A stretch of 63,486 nt of DNA, counting the filler, from Choristocarpus tenellus KU-1152 (Eukaryota; Protista; Phaeophyceae), in NCBI GenBank assembly GCA_964200185.2. It is 13 parts of 13 records of this genome, joined end to end, with 100 filler letters (N's around TTAATTAATTAA, not from the genome) between each part and the next. Parts side by side here need not be neighbours in the genome. Positions count along the whole stretch, not along the records: positions 32,933 to 37,042 come from CAXNAD020016160.1; positions 37,143 to 46,201 come from CAXNAD020004035.1; positions 46,302 to 50,019 come from CAXNAD020018320.1; positions 50,120 to 53,482 come from CAXNAD020020531.1; 9 more parts are not named here. The stretch is one strand, 5' to 3'. The position numbers were made by a program, and so were the translations under genes. Of this stretch, positions 36,608 to 50,120 are shown one piece after another (position 1 is the first letter of the stretch; every line of letters begins with the position of its first letter). Below the pieces are notes generated by a model. It saw nothing but the letters and a program-made list of their open reading frames with translations. It did no database searches and was not told the origin of the DNA.

Positions 36608-39600
36608 AAATATAAAGAGGCTTGAACAATCAATCGTCTCCTTTCTTAATTTCCATACCAAATTCATATACTGGTATTGATCGAGAAAAGTACCCCTGTT
36701 CTCCTGAGCTGACGTTCGTTAACCTGTGCGTTGGACCTATTGACCGTCGGAGTATCCTGGGAGGTTTGTATGACCATCAGCATTATCTATAGGCCTGTAG
36801 ATGGAGCTATACATCCTGTGGAGGTAAGCTTCTGGAGGGTACTGTAACACTGGTTGTGGTAACTGCAAAATCATAACTGAAAGGACGACGTAAGGCTGGA
36901 CAAGGACAAGCAGTATGGAGTGGATGGAAGATTAATAAAAGGTGACTCTGAAAGGAATCCATCAGCAATTAACAGTGGATTTTAAAAATTGAGGATGGTG
37001 CGTACTATTGAGGATGGTTTTGACCGAAAATGGTGCGGAAAANNNNNNNNNNNNNNNNNNNNNNNNNNNNNNNNNNNNNNNNNNNNTTAATTAATTAANN
37101 NNNNNNNNNNNNNNNNNNNNNNNNNNNNNNNNNNNNNNNNNNCAAAAACAAACAAAAAAAGTGAAAATCGAAAAAAGGGTGAAAACCGGGCTTCGCCTCC
37201 CCCCCCCCCCAAGATACTTTGACCCAAAAAAGGAAGAAAAGGAAAATATTTTCTACATCACTCCAGCTAATATTATTATTATTATTATTATTGGTATTAT
37301 TGTTAACTTTATTATTTATTATCACTGTTAATATTATTGTACATCTGAACACGGCGAAGAGGGACTAGATATTATTGTTGAGTGCTCTTGATGAGCCAAT
37401 AGTGGGCCTTAAGCTATTCTCGTGTTTATCTCCGAGGGTAGAGTGAGTATGGCAGAACCGACTAAATGGTGTCGTACGTCAAGATTATGTGATCTGCACA
37501 TTGCATAGCACGGAAAGTTTTGGTCGGGGTCCCTAGTTTTCCTATTCCAGATTGGACTGCACATCACACTCTCTTGAAAGCCAAAGGACAGACTGGCGTC
37601 AACAAGGATGGCAGAGTCAATAAAAGGGATGGAGCGGGGACTGAGGGACCCTACAAAAGGGAAATGGACATGTGGAAACACAGCCTACTCCGCGATAAAT
37701 TCGTCTCAGGCAAACGAACATCGCAATCAAGTCAGTTGCATCAATGGGAACACCTCCCCCCTGTGCTTTCTACTCTTTTGTTTGGATTATATTTTTGTAT
37801 TGGGGGATAGACAACATGTCAAGGGATAGGACGCTCCGTTCACCTTGATCGATATCATACAACTTGTCTTTGTAGGTGATGGTGCAGAAAATGCAACAAG
37901 GAGGGCAAATTAACGCAATGCAATGTCTCGGTTAAGTAGAGTCATCCGCAGCCAAGACCAAGGCTTGGAGCTTGTCATATACACACAGTCACCCTCATGC
38001 ATCTCTGTTGCGTTGCCACCTACTACATGGTCCCTTTGGTATGGGTTGGTGAGAAATTTCGTCTAGGGGTAGCAGGTCCAAAAGGAGGAAATGCCATGCT
38101 CCCAGGGACTGCCATTAAGCAAGAGGACAATACTCAAGAGGATAGATGAAACACTGAGAAGCGTTATGAAGTGCATAGAGGGCATCATTACAGGGATGCC
38201 ATCGCAAAGCAAAATATCAGGATTCATACAAGTGCATTCAGTAAGAACCTACTCAGTCTGTTACATGCTTGCTTACTCCAAGCGAAGATCTATGTGTACA
38301 GTACGTGTATCTTGGTTCTACGCAATGATTCCTTTTATCTATAAGTCAATTTTTCAAACAGAGAAAAAAAAAAGCTGTGTAGAAATTGCTCTTTGAGAAC
38401 CATTGCACTGGCTGTCTATTATATAGAGTGGCACTCTTACTCCGAAATCAATGTCAGTAGATGAGGAAGACAGAGAAGACCACTGGTATCACTGTTGGGA
38501 AATTCTTAGAACTTCCAACAACCTGAAACAAGAGTATATACAGGAGCTCGAATCAGCAGCATAGGTTGGGCTGTAATATGTATAGTCACTGTTGCAGTAT
38601 GACAATGTGAAATAATGCTGACAGCATATGTGTCAGATTGCTGGTACCATTAGTGGTAAATTTAAAAGCGCTGCACAGGTCCACTGAGCTACAGTTTTCT
38701 GTCTGCGGGAAGATCGAGAATCTCCAGATTTATGTCAGTGACCTGTTCACCTGTTTAAAATATTGCAACTGTATATGTTTGTTGGGATGTGTGAAGTCAT
38801 CATCTTTCTCTCTGCTTTCAACAGAGTATGGGGCATGAACACATTCTAATTCGCCCATCCAAGATAGTGGGGTGGATTCCCCCCTACAAGTTAGACTAAT
38901 CAATCACCCTAAAAAATAAATAAACGTATTTTATGGAGCATTGGTGCTGATGATACAGAACCCCGACAAGGTACACAGTCTGAATCAAAATTGACCCTCA
39001 GGTTCATGTCAACATAAGAACAAGCTTGTATATTTTTCTTGGCAGTGTTGCTATTTGCAAACAATGCAAAGCAATTTACGTGCAAATCCTGTTATCTAGA
39101 TCAACCTACCATGCAGAACATATCCTGTGATACAAACATGCTCAGAAATACACACAAACGCACCTCTGCTATAGAAACGTTTTTCTTCTGTGAGGGTGCA
39201 CCAGTTCCGTCATCTGTTGAGCGTGTGGCGTCCCTAGTTCTCCTGAGACAAGTTTGGAAGAGGGTATATTGGCTGCACAACAACTGTCATTGGGCTGCTC
39301 TTTCAATCGTTAGGGGTATTTTGAAGGGCTCGTTATTGGTGATGGCTTAAGGGCAACTGCTGATTACACGAGAGTACAACACTGTCTCCACTCACTGGAC
39401 TAATGCTCTCGATTGCAAAGGAGGATGAGTGGAAGCAATACAGATTTAGGATAAGTTGCAATTGCTTTGAGGGTGTTGTTGCAACTGGGCAGACATACTA
39501 CCACATTGCCGGTGACCCTTCTCGAATAATTCATGGTCGCATGTTATCATGTTGACGCCTCACTTGTTTAGCAACCTACACAGCCAGGCGTTTGTAGCTT

Positions 39601-42069
39601 TCGCCTGGTAAACAATAAGAACATGGGTTATTTCAGCCATTTATTCCCATACTAGGACGAGAGTTGGGATCAGTGTTGCACTACCTCTTGAAACTTGGAG
39701 GTTGCAAAAGCTTTCCTGCTAGCAATGGAGATCTAGACCAGTTCCCCCATAGATGTAGTGTGGTCGACATAACTACAAGGCTCTGTTGGTCTAGATAGGT
39801 ACTATAGCTCCTTGGTTTGAGAAGGACTACAGCTCCCTTCGTGCGTTTTTTGCTTACAGCTTGAGAGTAGTTGAAAATCAAACTGATTGTGCAGAGCTCG
39901 TGAGACTAATGAGGCGTGGGTGTGCAGGTCTTCCTGGATACTGCCTACTGGGAGTTTTCTGTGCTTCGAATGAAGATGAAATCGGGCTAAATACTTGTCT
40001 TCACCTGCCCTTCGTATTAGTTTCTTGGCCCTGATCTCTCTTTCCGTTGTTCATCCCCACGACTTTTCTATTGTCCTCAGAATCGGATGTTTGATCACCA
40101 GGTCTGAGGATGCATTTGCGTTGGGGTGGGTGAGATCATCTGTCTGTGGGTAGGACATGTAAGGGATGTGTGGTTGAGCTGGGAAGTGAGCGAATCAATC
40201 GCTGTCTGCATATTATATCCATGCTGATGGATTATGTGGGTGTTACATGCCAAGAGAAGTGTGAAAGACGGCGATGAAAGTTGGTGACAAGGTAGATAAG
40301 TAAAGGAAGTGCATCTAACTGTCGTGAGAGGGTTGCACCTTCGAAGTAATCGCTTCATTTCACTTTTTTCCACGTGCTGTGTTATGAGAGCGAGATGGGA
40401 ACGACCCAGAGCCAGCTACTTTTCGGTTACAACTACGGATTTGGCCAAAAACAAAAAGCAAACTCCTACAAATAGTAGGAAACGGGTAGCCCGTAAAAAT
40501 GTCAGGATCGTACCTTGTAAGTTAGAACCACATCTACTAACAACAACTCCGCCAGATGTCTAGCAATAATCAATAACCCATCACTAAAAATTGCTGAAAT
40601 AGTAAAATTACCAACTGATGTAATGTTTCATGCCACAATGTGTTGTCTGCATACAAATAGTAGTATGCATGTGGGCGGTAACACATGAAATGAAATTTGG
40701 GTTGTTAGGGGGAATAAATCGACGAATGACTTGTGTATAATATATATTGAGAAGCGTGCAATTTGTGGTTGAGATAAACGACTTTGGTAAACATATTACA
40801 TGCACGTTATCTATTATGCGCACCTTTCACGTTCAAGGTGGCTAACATGTAATTATAATTGAACTAATAATGAACGCATCATCATCATCACAGGACAGAG
40901 AACCTGAGCAGACGATGTTAGAAACAAGTTTCGTTTTGTGGGCCAACCATCCGGTCACTTGGAAAGAAGGGAGGAGAAATCTGACAACAACTACTAGTAC
41001 TGCACAGGAGGAGTAGTAATAATAATGAAGATCATTGACTGAATGATTTTGAGTACTTCTTAATGTTGACAATCACAACAACAACACTGGAAGACAGGGC
41101 GGAGGAGAAATAGAGGAAGTGCAGGTAATACTCGTAATATGCGTGCAGCTGTCGGTGCAGGTAGTGGTCGTAGTGGTAACAGTTTTAGTACTGGTAGTAA
41201 GCGGTATTGGTCACAACAATGATAGTAGCGGTCGTACATAAAACCCATTGACACACAACGATAGAAGTTGGAAGTATCCAATAGGTTCCTACGAGTATAA
41301 TAAAAAACAATTCTACTGGCTACATAGCAAATTATACGCCATCACTAACATATATATGCCCTTCACACTACAACTAGTACATAAATTACTCTTGTTGCTT
41401 GTTATCCTCATCATAGAAGATGAAAGTTTAAACACACGACGCGCGAGACAGCGAACAGGTATGTATGAGATCAAAGACGAGATACATGCGGTAGTAGTGT
41501 AGATAGAGCTGGTTAGAGCAAGTCCAAGACAGTCGTGTGAGAAGTATGTGTAATGGTCGTGACTATACACAAAAAAGCGAGAGCTTACTATACCACCACC
41601 GGTGATGATATGAATACACAAAGCGCAAGATGGCAAGCAGACTCTTGATACGGAAGTGTTTTTGACATTTGTGACAAGCGTTACTTCTCTAGGGATTTTT
41701 CTGACATGTGAATAGTTTTCATTAGTTTTTCCAATGACACATCTGCAAAATGACAGAGGGCATAATCTTAAGACACGGAACAGACCAACAAGCGACGTTG
41801 ACCCAATCCGTATGGTATGTCTAATATTTTACTTTTTATTTCTGGGAGAGTCATTTCACGAGTAAGCACATGAGCAAACCCACGAGGATAAGAGTCCGTT
41901 CTAGTGGTGCAGGAACTTCTACTACTTACCGTTTTTGATAGATTAATTAATTGACTGATGATGAACAAACATAAATTAGGTCCATGCATGACACAACCAT
42001 ACCAGCATATCTTTGTGGCAGATAGATATCATCCAGAAAGAATCAATAAGAACATGCAGTGACCTTTAA

Positions 42070-42130
42070 AAGCCGATTCCAAAAATTGAGGATGGAGCTT
42101 AGCTCCATCCTCAATTTTTGGAATCGGCTG
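42070..42130. repeat. perfect 59-bp palindrome formed by two fused TIRs of a CAG-terminal DNA transposon
   Basis: 42071-42099 is the exact reverse complement of 42101-42129; the arm matches element ends at 6115-6185, 36973-37042 and 53583-53649. Confidence 0.9.
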
Positions 42131-44008
42131 TTCTTTGATCAGAAAGACAAGTAGAAGAGGAGAACATGAAAAAGAGGTATATAGTCAGCATCTATCTCAC
42201 CGACAAATAACAGAGGTGATGTACGAAATACATGTAAATACACAAAGTGTAACGACAAAAACCGCGAGGAGAAACGGAAAATGTAAGTATACAAATAATA
42301 CATTTTTCAAACAAGTGAATAATTTTCATGAGTTTTTCCCCTGGCACATCTACAAAATGTGAGAGGACGTAACAATACTGATAATACACTACAAATGCAC
42401 TGACATTGTTTCTCCGACACAAACACATCAAGTATAGTGCCATAAAAAAAAAAAAAATGGACAACAAGAAGATGGAGGTCCTCATCAATTTCCACGGTGA
42501 GAAGTTCCTCTGCTGCAACAGATGACGTCCCAGCAAAAAGTTTTTTTTTTTGCTAGGACACCATTCTTCTAATCAGCGCAACATGACATATTTGTATGAC
42601 GTATGCCACCGTACTGCAGATAGCATGTACCATACAAATGCACTGTGCCCCTTTGTCTACAACACCGAATCGATTACAATCAGCCAAACAGGCGAATGGA
42701 CTCACAGTACTTCACTCAGTACATAATTCAACAACAGGTGTGCACACTATCATTGATTGGTGTACTGAGTAAGGTCCAGAAATGTTGCCTGGATAATTCA
42801 CACCTCCTCCAGCACACCCACGTGCCCTTCTAAGTCGGCTCCCTAATACTCCCGCTAGCCCTCCCTGCATCACGATTTTGGCAGACCCATCCTCGCACAT
42901 TCCTCAAACTACATGCCAAGCTCGTCCCACACTCCCACATCATCCCTTCCTCCACCTAGACCCCACGCAACATCTCCTCCTCCAGGTAGCACTAGTGCAT
43001 CTTTTTACACTCACATGCGCAGAGAGCTAATCAAGGGGAAAACAAGTTGGGCTTTCTTCCTCGTAAGTCGGCTCCAAATATGTTCAACTAAAACTTACAG
43101 TCAATCACCCCAGAAATCGAGACCAGTCGGAGGGGTGCTGTTGCTCACTACGTCAACACCATGATGTCTGTCACCTGACCAACCATCTCTTTGTCATCAT
43201 GCCTCACCAGGATAGTCAATGCTACCTTGATAACATGTTCCTCATGTCCACAATTCCAAATATGGTTCACTCACCATTGATAGTGCTGTGCAACTGCAGC
43301 CTGTTGAGACAGGTCGGACACTGAGAAGGGTGCCGTTGACACTTAGCTCTAGCAAAATGCCTCGTTTGTGTTTACATTGTAGTTCAAAGTATGCTTATTC
43401 TTTTTCCCTCTGAACATAGGCAAAATGCAATATATACATATAAGTATAACATTTCCAGTTTTGTGCCAGTATGTATACAATGTTACAATCGAATCGTGTC
43501 CTCAGGCATTAAAAAAAAAAACAAGGCATTAGGAAATACACCATCTCTGTTCAATCAAATCAACAAACCAACCATAAATATCCATATCGCTCTCCACAGA
43601 AGCATAGTGAAGTCCCTACCAACCTCAAATTTACCTCTTGAAATAAACCCCCCTCCTCCCTCCCCCCTCCTCGCCTTGTTCCAACTATAGTCATTCAGAA
43701 CATTGTAGACGATCATAAGAATGTATATATATATATACCCTTGAGTATATACACACACGTGTATCTTTCCACAACTTCACACAGAGCAAAGTCTTCATCG
43801 AATACCTATTGATCCTCCCCACATGCACATATGACAGTTACAGGCATCCACACCAAATATCCTCTCTCAATTCGTTCAAATTCATCCCAACTCAACCCAA
43901 GAGCAAATCAATTGTACTCTCCCATAAAACATGGAAAAAACAAGAATATATATATATATATATCCACTTGCCAAGGTATAAAATACATACAAAAACCCAA
44001 AAGCATAA

Positions 44009-44266
44009 TCACCCCACAGCTGCAGATGACTTGACCCCTCTCAAACCCCCCCTGTCTGCCTCAATCTTCCTCGCCTCCTCATTCTCTTTCTTTGCCTGTA
44101 TAACTGGCAACATTGATCTATACGCCTCTGTGACCCACTTCTCCACCAACTCCATCTCCTCTTCCCTCGCAGCAATAACATCTAGCGGATCTAGGGGGTG
44201 GGCAAAGAACAGGTCGAGGTGGTGTGCAGCATCCTCCATCAGGATAACCCGCACTCCCTTCCCAGC
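44009..44266 (-). CDS. serine carboxypeptidase S28, last exon
   Basis: AAHHLDLFFAHPLDPLDVIAAREEE..W with the catalytic His motif; gcag| acceptor in phase 0; TGA at 44009-44011. Confidence 0.9.
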   Translation of the reverse strand, partial: AGKGVRVILMEDAAHHLDLFFAHPLDPLDVIAAREEEMELVEKWVTEAYRSMLPVIQAKKENEEARKIEADRGGLRGVKSSAAVG

Positions 44267-44715
44267 CTGCGAAATGGGGGGTAACATGGTACAGTAGGTT
44301 ATTCAACAGAATTTACATTCCAGGGAATGTGAATATTCACAACCTTGAAAGGCGGTGACAACAATGCTCCACCTTAACCACATTTTTTTAAAGTACGTAT
44401 TTGAAAACATAAAATCAGATTGAACATGAACATATATACAAGTAAGACTCGACCGCTATCCAATATAAATACAGATCACAAAAAATGAACAGGTGACAGG
44501 ACATCAATTCAAAAAAGCCTCTCCCCTACTCCATCTTCTAGACTCTCTACACACGTATCCTTTTAACCACATCAACCCTAACCCTTTCTGTGCACGCCTG
44601 CACACATACTAGAAAGGAAACAAAACCTTCGCACCTTTGCAGAACAGGCGTACTGCACCAATCCTAAACATCTCAACAAGGGTAACACAGCAGCAACACA
44701 AGGAAAAGAACACAC

Positions 44716-44813
44716 ATCCTCACTGACTCTCTCCATGCCCACCTTTTCCTGATCTATCACACCACCTCCAGACCATGGGTCGAGGTCCCCGTTGCTGAAG
44801 ATTATATTCGTGG
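44716..44813 (-). CDS. serine carboxypeptidase S28 (lysosomal Pro-Xaa carboxypeptidase-like), penultimate exon
   Basis: (A)TNIIFSNGDLDPWSGGGV with the catalytic Asp motif; ttcag| acceptor and |gtgtgt donor. Confidence 0.85.
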
Positions 44814-45951
44814 CTGAAACAGTTTTCAATGAAACAAACACAGGCAGGCAGGCAGGTGCAACAGCGGATACACGAGTGATTCTCACACAAATATTAATAA
44901 TATTATAGTATATTCTCATTCTCAGGTGGGGGGGGGGGGGGGGGGGGGGATGACGACGACGACGACGACGACAATGACGAGGAAGAAAAGTTTCCATAAT
45001 ATTCTGGCACAAATGCCACCTACCTTCATTAAACGAACACAGAATAAAAACGCCTTCGATAAAAAATGGTCCCTGCAGTTTCTGACTCCACCTCAATGCA
45101 GAGGTCTTCTCTAACAAAGGGCTGTGCCTTGAACAATTCTAGCAAATTTAGAGCACACACAGAGTAGATCCGCTATCCTTGCAGGATACTACCATTCATC
45201 GAAGTATGTCCAAGTCTCAACAGAAAACGCCAACGTATCGCCTACAAACACCTGCTTTCTTAGCTGATTCTGAACAAGAGAATCTCGACCTCCAAACCAA
45301 CACTATGCACCTCTTCAGCCTTGATCCTTGCCCCTAACCCCAACCCATATCAAGAGCCACACCACAAGATCGTGTGTATGCACTACTAAACCACCTGTTG
45401 ATAAAAAACAGAAGACAAAACCTTACCCCCCATCCACCATTTTAAAAGATAAGGTTAAGTAGAAAGAAGAAACCCTTCAGCACAAACATCTCCACCAAAT
45501 CAAGACTGCCTGAAGTCCCCTCCACTAGGAAGAGGGAGGCTTGCAACCTCAAACAATGAGAGACAGGATCCCCTGAAGCAATGACCCTCAAATCTTAAAC
45601 AGGACTGCACTCAGGCCAAATAACTACAACTGTAAATCAGCTGAGTTTGTTGTTTAGGAAATAAAAACAATAATTCTGATAATGTCTGATAGTATTTTAG
45701 TATCATTATTATTATTATTTTAACTTTTCTGCTGTTTTTGTGATAGTGTGGGTCAAAGCACAACCCACATCAAAGAGCAGAGCTAAACAAGCAAATCAAA
45801 CAAAAACATATACCCCCACATGACAAGGAGCCCGGTGAAAGTTGACTTATTTCTTTAGTTAGTCTTAACCCTAACCCTTACAATTACAGATAACTCCTCA
45901 TGGCAAAGAAATGAAATATATATATATTGTAACCTACCACACAATTGTCTT

Positions 45952-45988
<37 letters not shown>

Positions 45989-48279
45989 CATCACGTGTTC
46001 AAAAGGAATCAGGCAATCTTTTTTATTATTTCACCTACTGCACACAAAAAAATAAAAAACAAAAAAACACTACTTTCAAAATCGCTCCCTAATTTCCCAT
46101 CAAATCAACCAACCGCAAAAAAAATCAGACACAATCGATTTTTTTTTTAATCAAACCCGACTCACAACACGTTTTTTTTTTTAATTGAAAATCGTTAACA
46201 ANNNNNNNNNNNNNNNNNNNNNNNNNNNNNNNNNNNNNNNNNNNNTTAATTAATTAANNNNNNNNNNNNNNNNNNNNNNNNNNNNNNNNNNNNNNNNNNN
46301 NGGATGGCATATGGGGGGGGGGATGAGATGGACTTGGAGGGGGCAGGTACCCGTCCCTCATATGGCTCTTACAAGGGCTAGGATGTTGATGATTGCCTTC
46401 CATGGTTGGCGGAGCAGTGGAAATTGATCGTCATTTCCCCTCTGCGTTGTGCCTTTTGCTTGTTGCATTATGAGTTGATTGTTTGCTTGGTTATGTTCGG
46501 TATTGTAGTGACTAAGTGCCATTACCATGCATATAGCGATGGTGATGTCACAGGCAGCATCCGGCTGGGTCACTCTAGTAGTTGTTGTAATTTCGCTGTT
46601 AGTGGTTACATTCGATGTTGATTAGGTACACTTGAGATGATTGTTTTGTGATCGTCACTGTTCCGTGAAATATGTGTTGTCCTGCCTAGGAGGTAGAGTG
46701 ATCTTTGTGTGTTTCAGTGACAATTTCACAGCTATTGCCATGGGCATTGAACTTGGCATGTACGCATTCAGCTGGTTACCATTAGATGATGCGTTGGAGC
46801 TTACACTGTGCTCCTCCTTGATATGTGTGTAATATGTTTTTTTCTTTTGGTGTTCTTGGGATGAGTGATTGAGTGAGTGAGATAAACAAGATTCTCCTTT
46901 GATCCTTCAGCTAGCTGGGAACTGGGATAAGTTTCGTGTATGATACTTCATTTTGTGTCGATTAACCATCGATAGAAAGAATGACGTTTTTACTTTTTCG
47001 ATTATGTTTCCGTTATTGTGCATAGAACTCTATAGTAGATACATTGGGATGTGGAGTAATGGGAATGGAAGACTCAGTGGAAGTGCGACAAAATAGTTGC
47101 GTACTCCGTGTATAATTATTCTTGTATTCCGTGTGTGTCTGCGTGCAGATTAGCTTTGAAATAGCAAGAGAGGAGTAGTGTTACGTACTCAGAAAGTATG
47201 TTGTGCACAGAACGAATAATCCTGATGAGATAATGAGATTTTCCACCACTTCCTGTTCCTACAACTGTTTTCGAGTTATTACCTAACACAAAATCAGTCA
47301 AATGATGGATGAGATGACCATACGGTGTGATCTCAACATGAGATTCGAATCCCGAGGTGGAGAAGGATGATGGCATGTACTGCTACGGCAAAGTACTGAG
47401 TACAACAAACTACATCGTGAATACAAACATGAATACGTCGTACCATATAAAATGGATCCTTGACAGTGTTGATGGATTAAGAAAAATGTTGATATCATCA
47501 ATGCCAAAGGGCACGCGGCCTTCTCGTAAGACCAGAGACTAGGTTAGCTGATCATAATGGTGAAAGTGCATCTTGTGTGACAAAAATTCATTTTATAAAG
47601 ATAGACGAAACTTTCCAGGAATGACTACAGAGCTTCAGACCATATGATTAATCTTGTGTGCCATGTTGGAAGAGAGGATTTAACATTTTTTCTCGACTAT
47701 GGAGAGTCTATTGGAGGCGATAGAAGAATTGAAGCAAGACTGGGACTGTCGTTTTCAGACAGATGTTGGTATTGGGTTTGGCGGCAGGGATCATCCCGCC
47801 TTCTAGGCCACTGTACCAGCACACAGCCTCCTGCCGGGTGTATACCAGCAGAATTTGGGCCCAGATCGCCCCTACGAGGTGAAGCGTTCTGAAATGAGGC
47901 AGCGAATCATTCCTGCTATGCAAATAGCTTGTTCCATCTTGGACAGCACCATCTAATTCACCGTGGTCACAAGGGGGCCCTCGTGGATGGGCAAGATGGA
48001 GCATGAGAGAGGAGAAAAGTTGGGGTTGGTAGCCGTGACACTTGATAGTGACACGTAGACAATTGCTGTTATTCCTAACGGGCTGATCCTTGCACAAGAT
48101 GGTGGAGATACTAAAGGAAATGCGACCGGAGCTGCAGCTGTGACCAAGCCTGCACCACATGGACCTGGAGCAGTCATCACACTTGTCCCTTAGGAGGCAT
48201 GCCCATCGACTGGAGATGCCAAGATTCGTGGTTGCAGAGCGAGAAAAGCACAGTCTGCTTGTTTCCATCCACCCAATCC

Positions 48280-49340
48280 TCTCCCAGTTAGAGTCACCGT
48301 ACCACCCCAGCCTTATCTGACCTCTCACTTGGGCAATCGTTCTCCCATTTCCATATCAAAGGCTGACATGCTGCTGCACATGCTGCCAATACAACTCCAT
48401 GGACTGAAACCTGGGCATATTAGATGGTGTCCAAGACAAACCATAGCCCTTCTTCCTCATAAATGCCTCTGCCCGATCAAGGAGCTTGTCAGGGTATTAA
48501 CTCTAGAAAAAAACCTTCATCACAGCGGCAATCTCCCTTACTCTGGTCTTTCCCATGAAAGTTACCCTTCAGAGAGGTCCCAGCAGTTGGCGCTTCAAAG
48601 TTGTGGCCACTCCCCTCTCGACAAACTTTGATTGTTTTGACCATGTACCTGCGCAACAGGCCTGTGTTGTACCCCTTGGGAGCTGCCTTAGGACACTTCA
48701 CCTCCTTATCAAAGCCATGGTGGTACAATGCATTGCTGAGACACAGAATCAACTTCTTTTCAGGGTACCTCAACTTCAATGTGGGCTTGAGGCAAATCAA
48801 TATCCACTACATTAACATCTCATCATCCTCTGACGCATGACAATTGCCACTACTTCTTCTACCCTGCTACAACAACGCTGCTGTCTCAGCCTTAGTAGAA
48901 TTCACCCATCTATAGGTAATTCATCTCCATATACCAAAACTAATGGGCCATCCATTGTGATTACCATCACCATGATCAGCCTTAGTCCCTTCCCAGTGGT
49001 CCATCCCATCACATCATCAACCTTGCTTGAATTGTCCTGTTTCTTGAAGTAGGAGAATGCCGAGTCATGCAGATGATGGCAAAACGATTCACTCATGTGG
49101 ACGATGACCGCAGTCCCTTCAACTTCCTCCTTTAGGGCCTCCAGTATTCAACCAGGAACCTGTGGACATGTGTATTCCTCTCCTGTGTCAAAGGTGGGAT
49201 CTTGACCTGACCCCTTCTCTGCATATAGTTAAAGCACTTCACAATGGTACCCAGACCCCCAAATGAGAGTTCTACCCCAAAGTTTGTCTTTACCCAGGCC
49301 ACCAAATACCGACAGAAGACATTGCCTCATCTTTGGTTCA
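48280..49340 (-). mobile_element. IS630-Tc1-mariner (DDE_3) transposase pseudogene with a long D-E spacer
   Basis: VHM[S/D]ESFCH, GKGLRLIMV..IT.DGPL, LILCL[S/D]NALYHH, WTPSNMPRFQSMELYW (P.Y.P..QPIE..W); frameshifts present. Confidence 0.75.
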
Positions 49341-50120
49341 CCTCCCCTCCCCCCTCTTCCTAAGTGGCACCCCTCTTCTGCAACCTAACCCGCCAGCCCA
49401 CTTAACATGTTTTTTCATATTATCGATCTAGAGACCCCTTACTTGGGGCGCCGATAACTCAGTATTGGTTTGGGTCTCGAAAATCGCACAAGAAAAGTTC
49501 CTGCGTCTAGTCCTTGTGTCTATGAAAACAAGTTCAGTCTTCCTTACTTTCATCGTCTAACCTCAAGAAATTGGAGAAGAATCTCGACTTCAAAAGGCCA
49601 TCATATTTGCATTCGGACAACAGGCGTAAAATGATACACTGACTTGAACCCCAAACCAGGAGCTTTTACCCGATTACGTTGTCAGAACCAAGGACCATTT
49701 GTCGGACGAGATAAGCGGAATTAGATGTGAACAATTAAAAAAAGACGAGGAGAAAAAAAATCCCTAGAAGAAGCAGAGATGATATATTTTTTTACTAATT
49801 TCCAATGAAGTGTATTTCACTATTATCATTGTGGATCAACCTGTTGTTCAAGGGGCATCATATTGGAAACCCGCACATCAAATATAATATATATGTGAGA
49901 GCCACATTCCACAGAAGGTATACCCTGAAGGTTACCTATCTTGAATATCATGTAGAAGATATACCCTGAAGGTGACCTATCTTGAGCATAAGGATATTCA
50001 TGTTACTTTTGTTGTTTTTNNNNNNNNNNNNNNNNNNNNNNNNNNNNNNNNNNNNNNNNNNNNTTAATTAATTAANNNNNNNNNNNNNNNNNNNNNNNNN
50101 NNNNNNNNNNNNNNNNNNNC

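Noticed and set aside
38000-40600. possible decayed element ORFs
   Set aside because: Stops in all examined frames and no motif I can assign.
47708-48280. most of the 206-aa minus-strand ORF as a gene
   Set aside because: Only its first residues continue the transposase; the rest has no motif and the opposite strand looks equally like decayed coding sequence.
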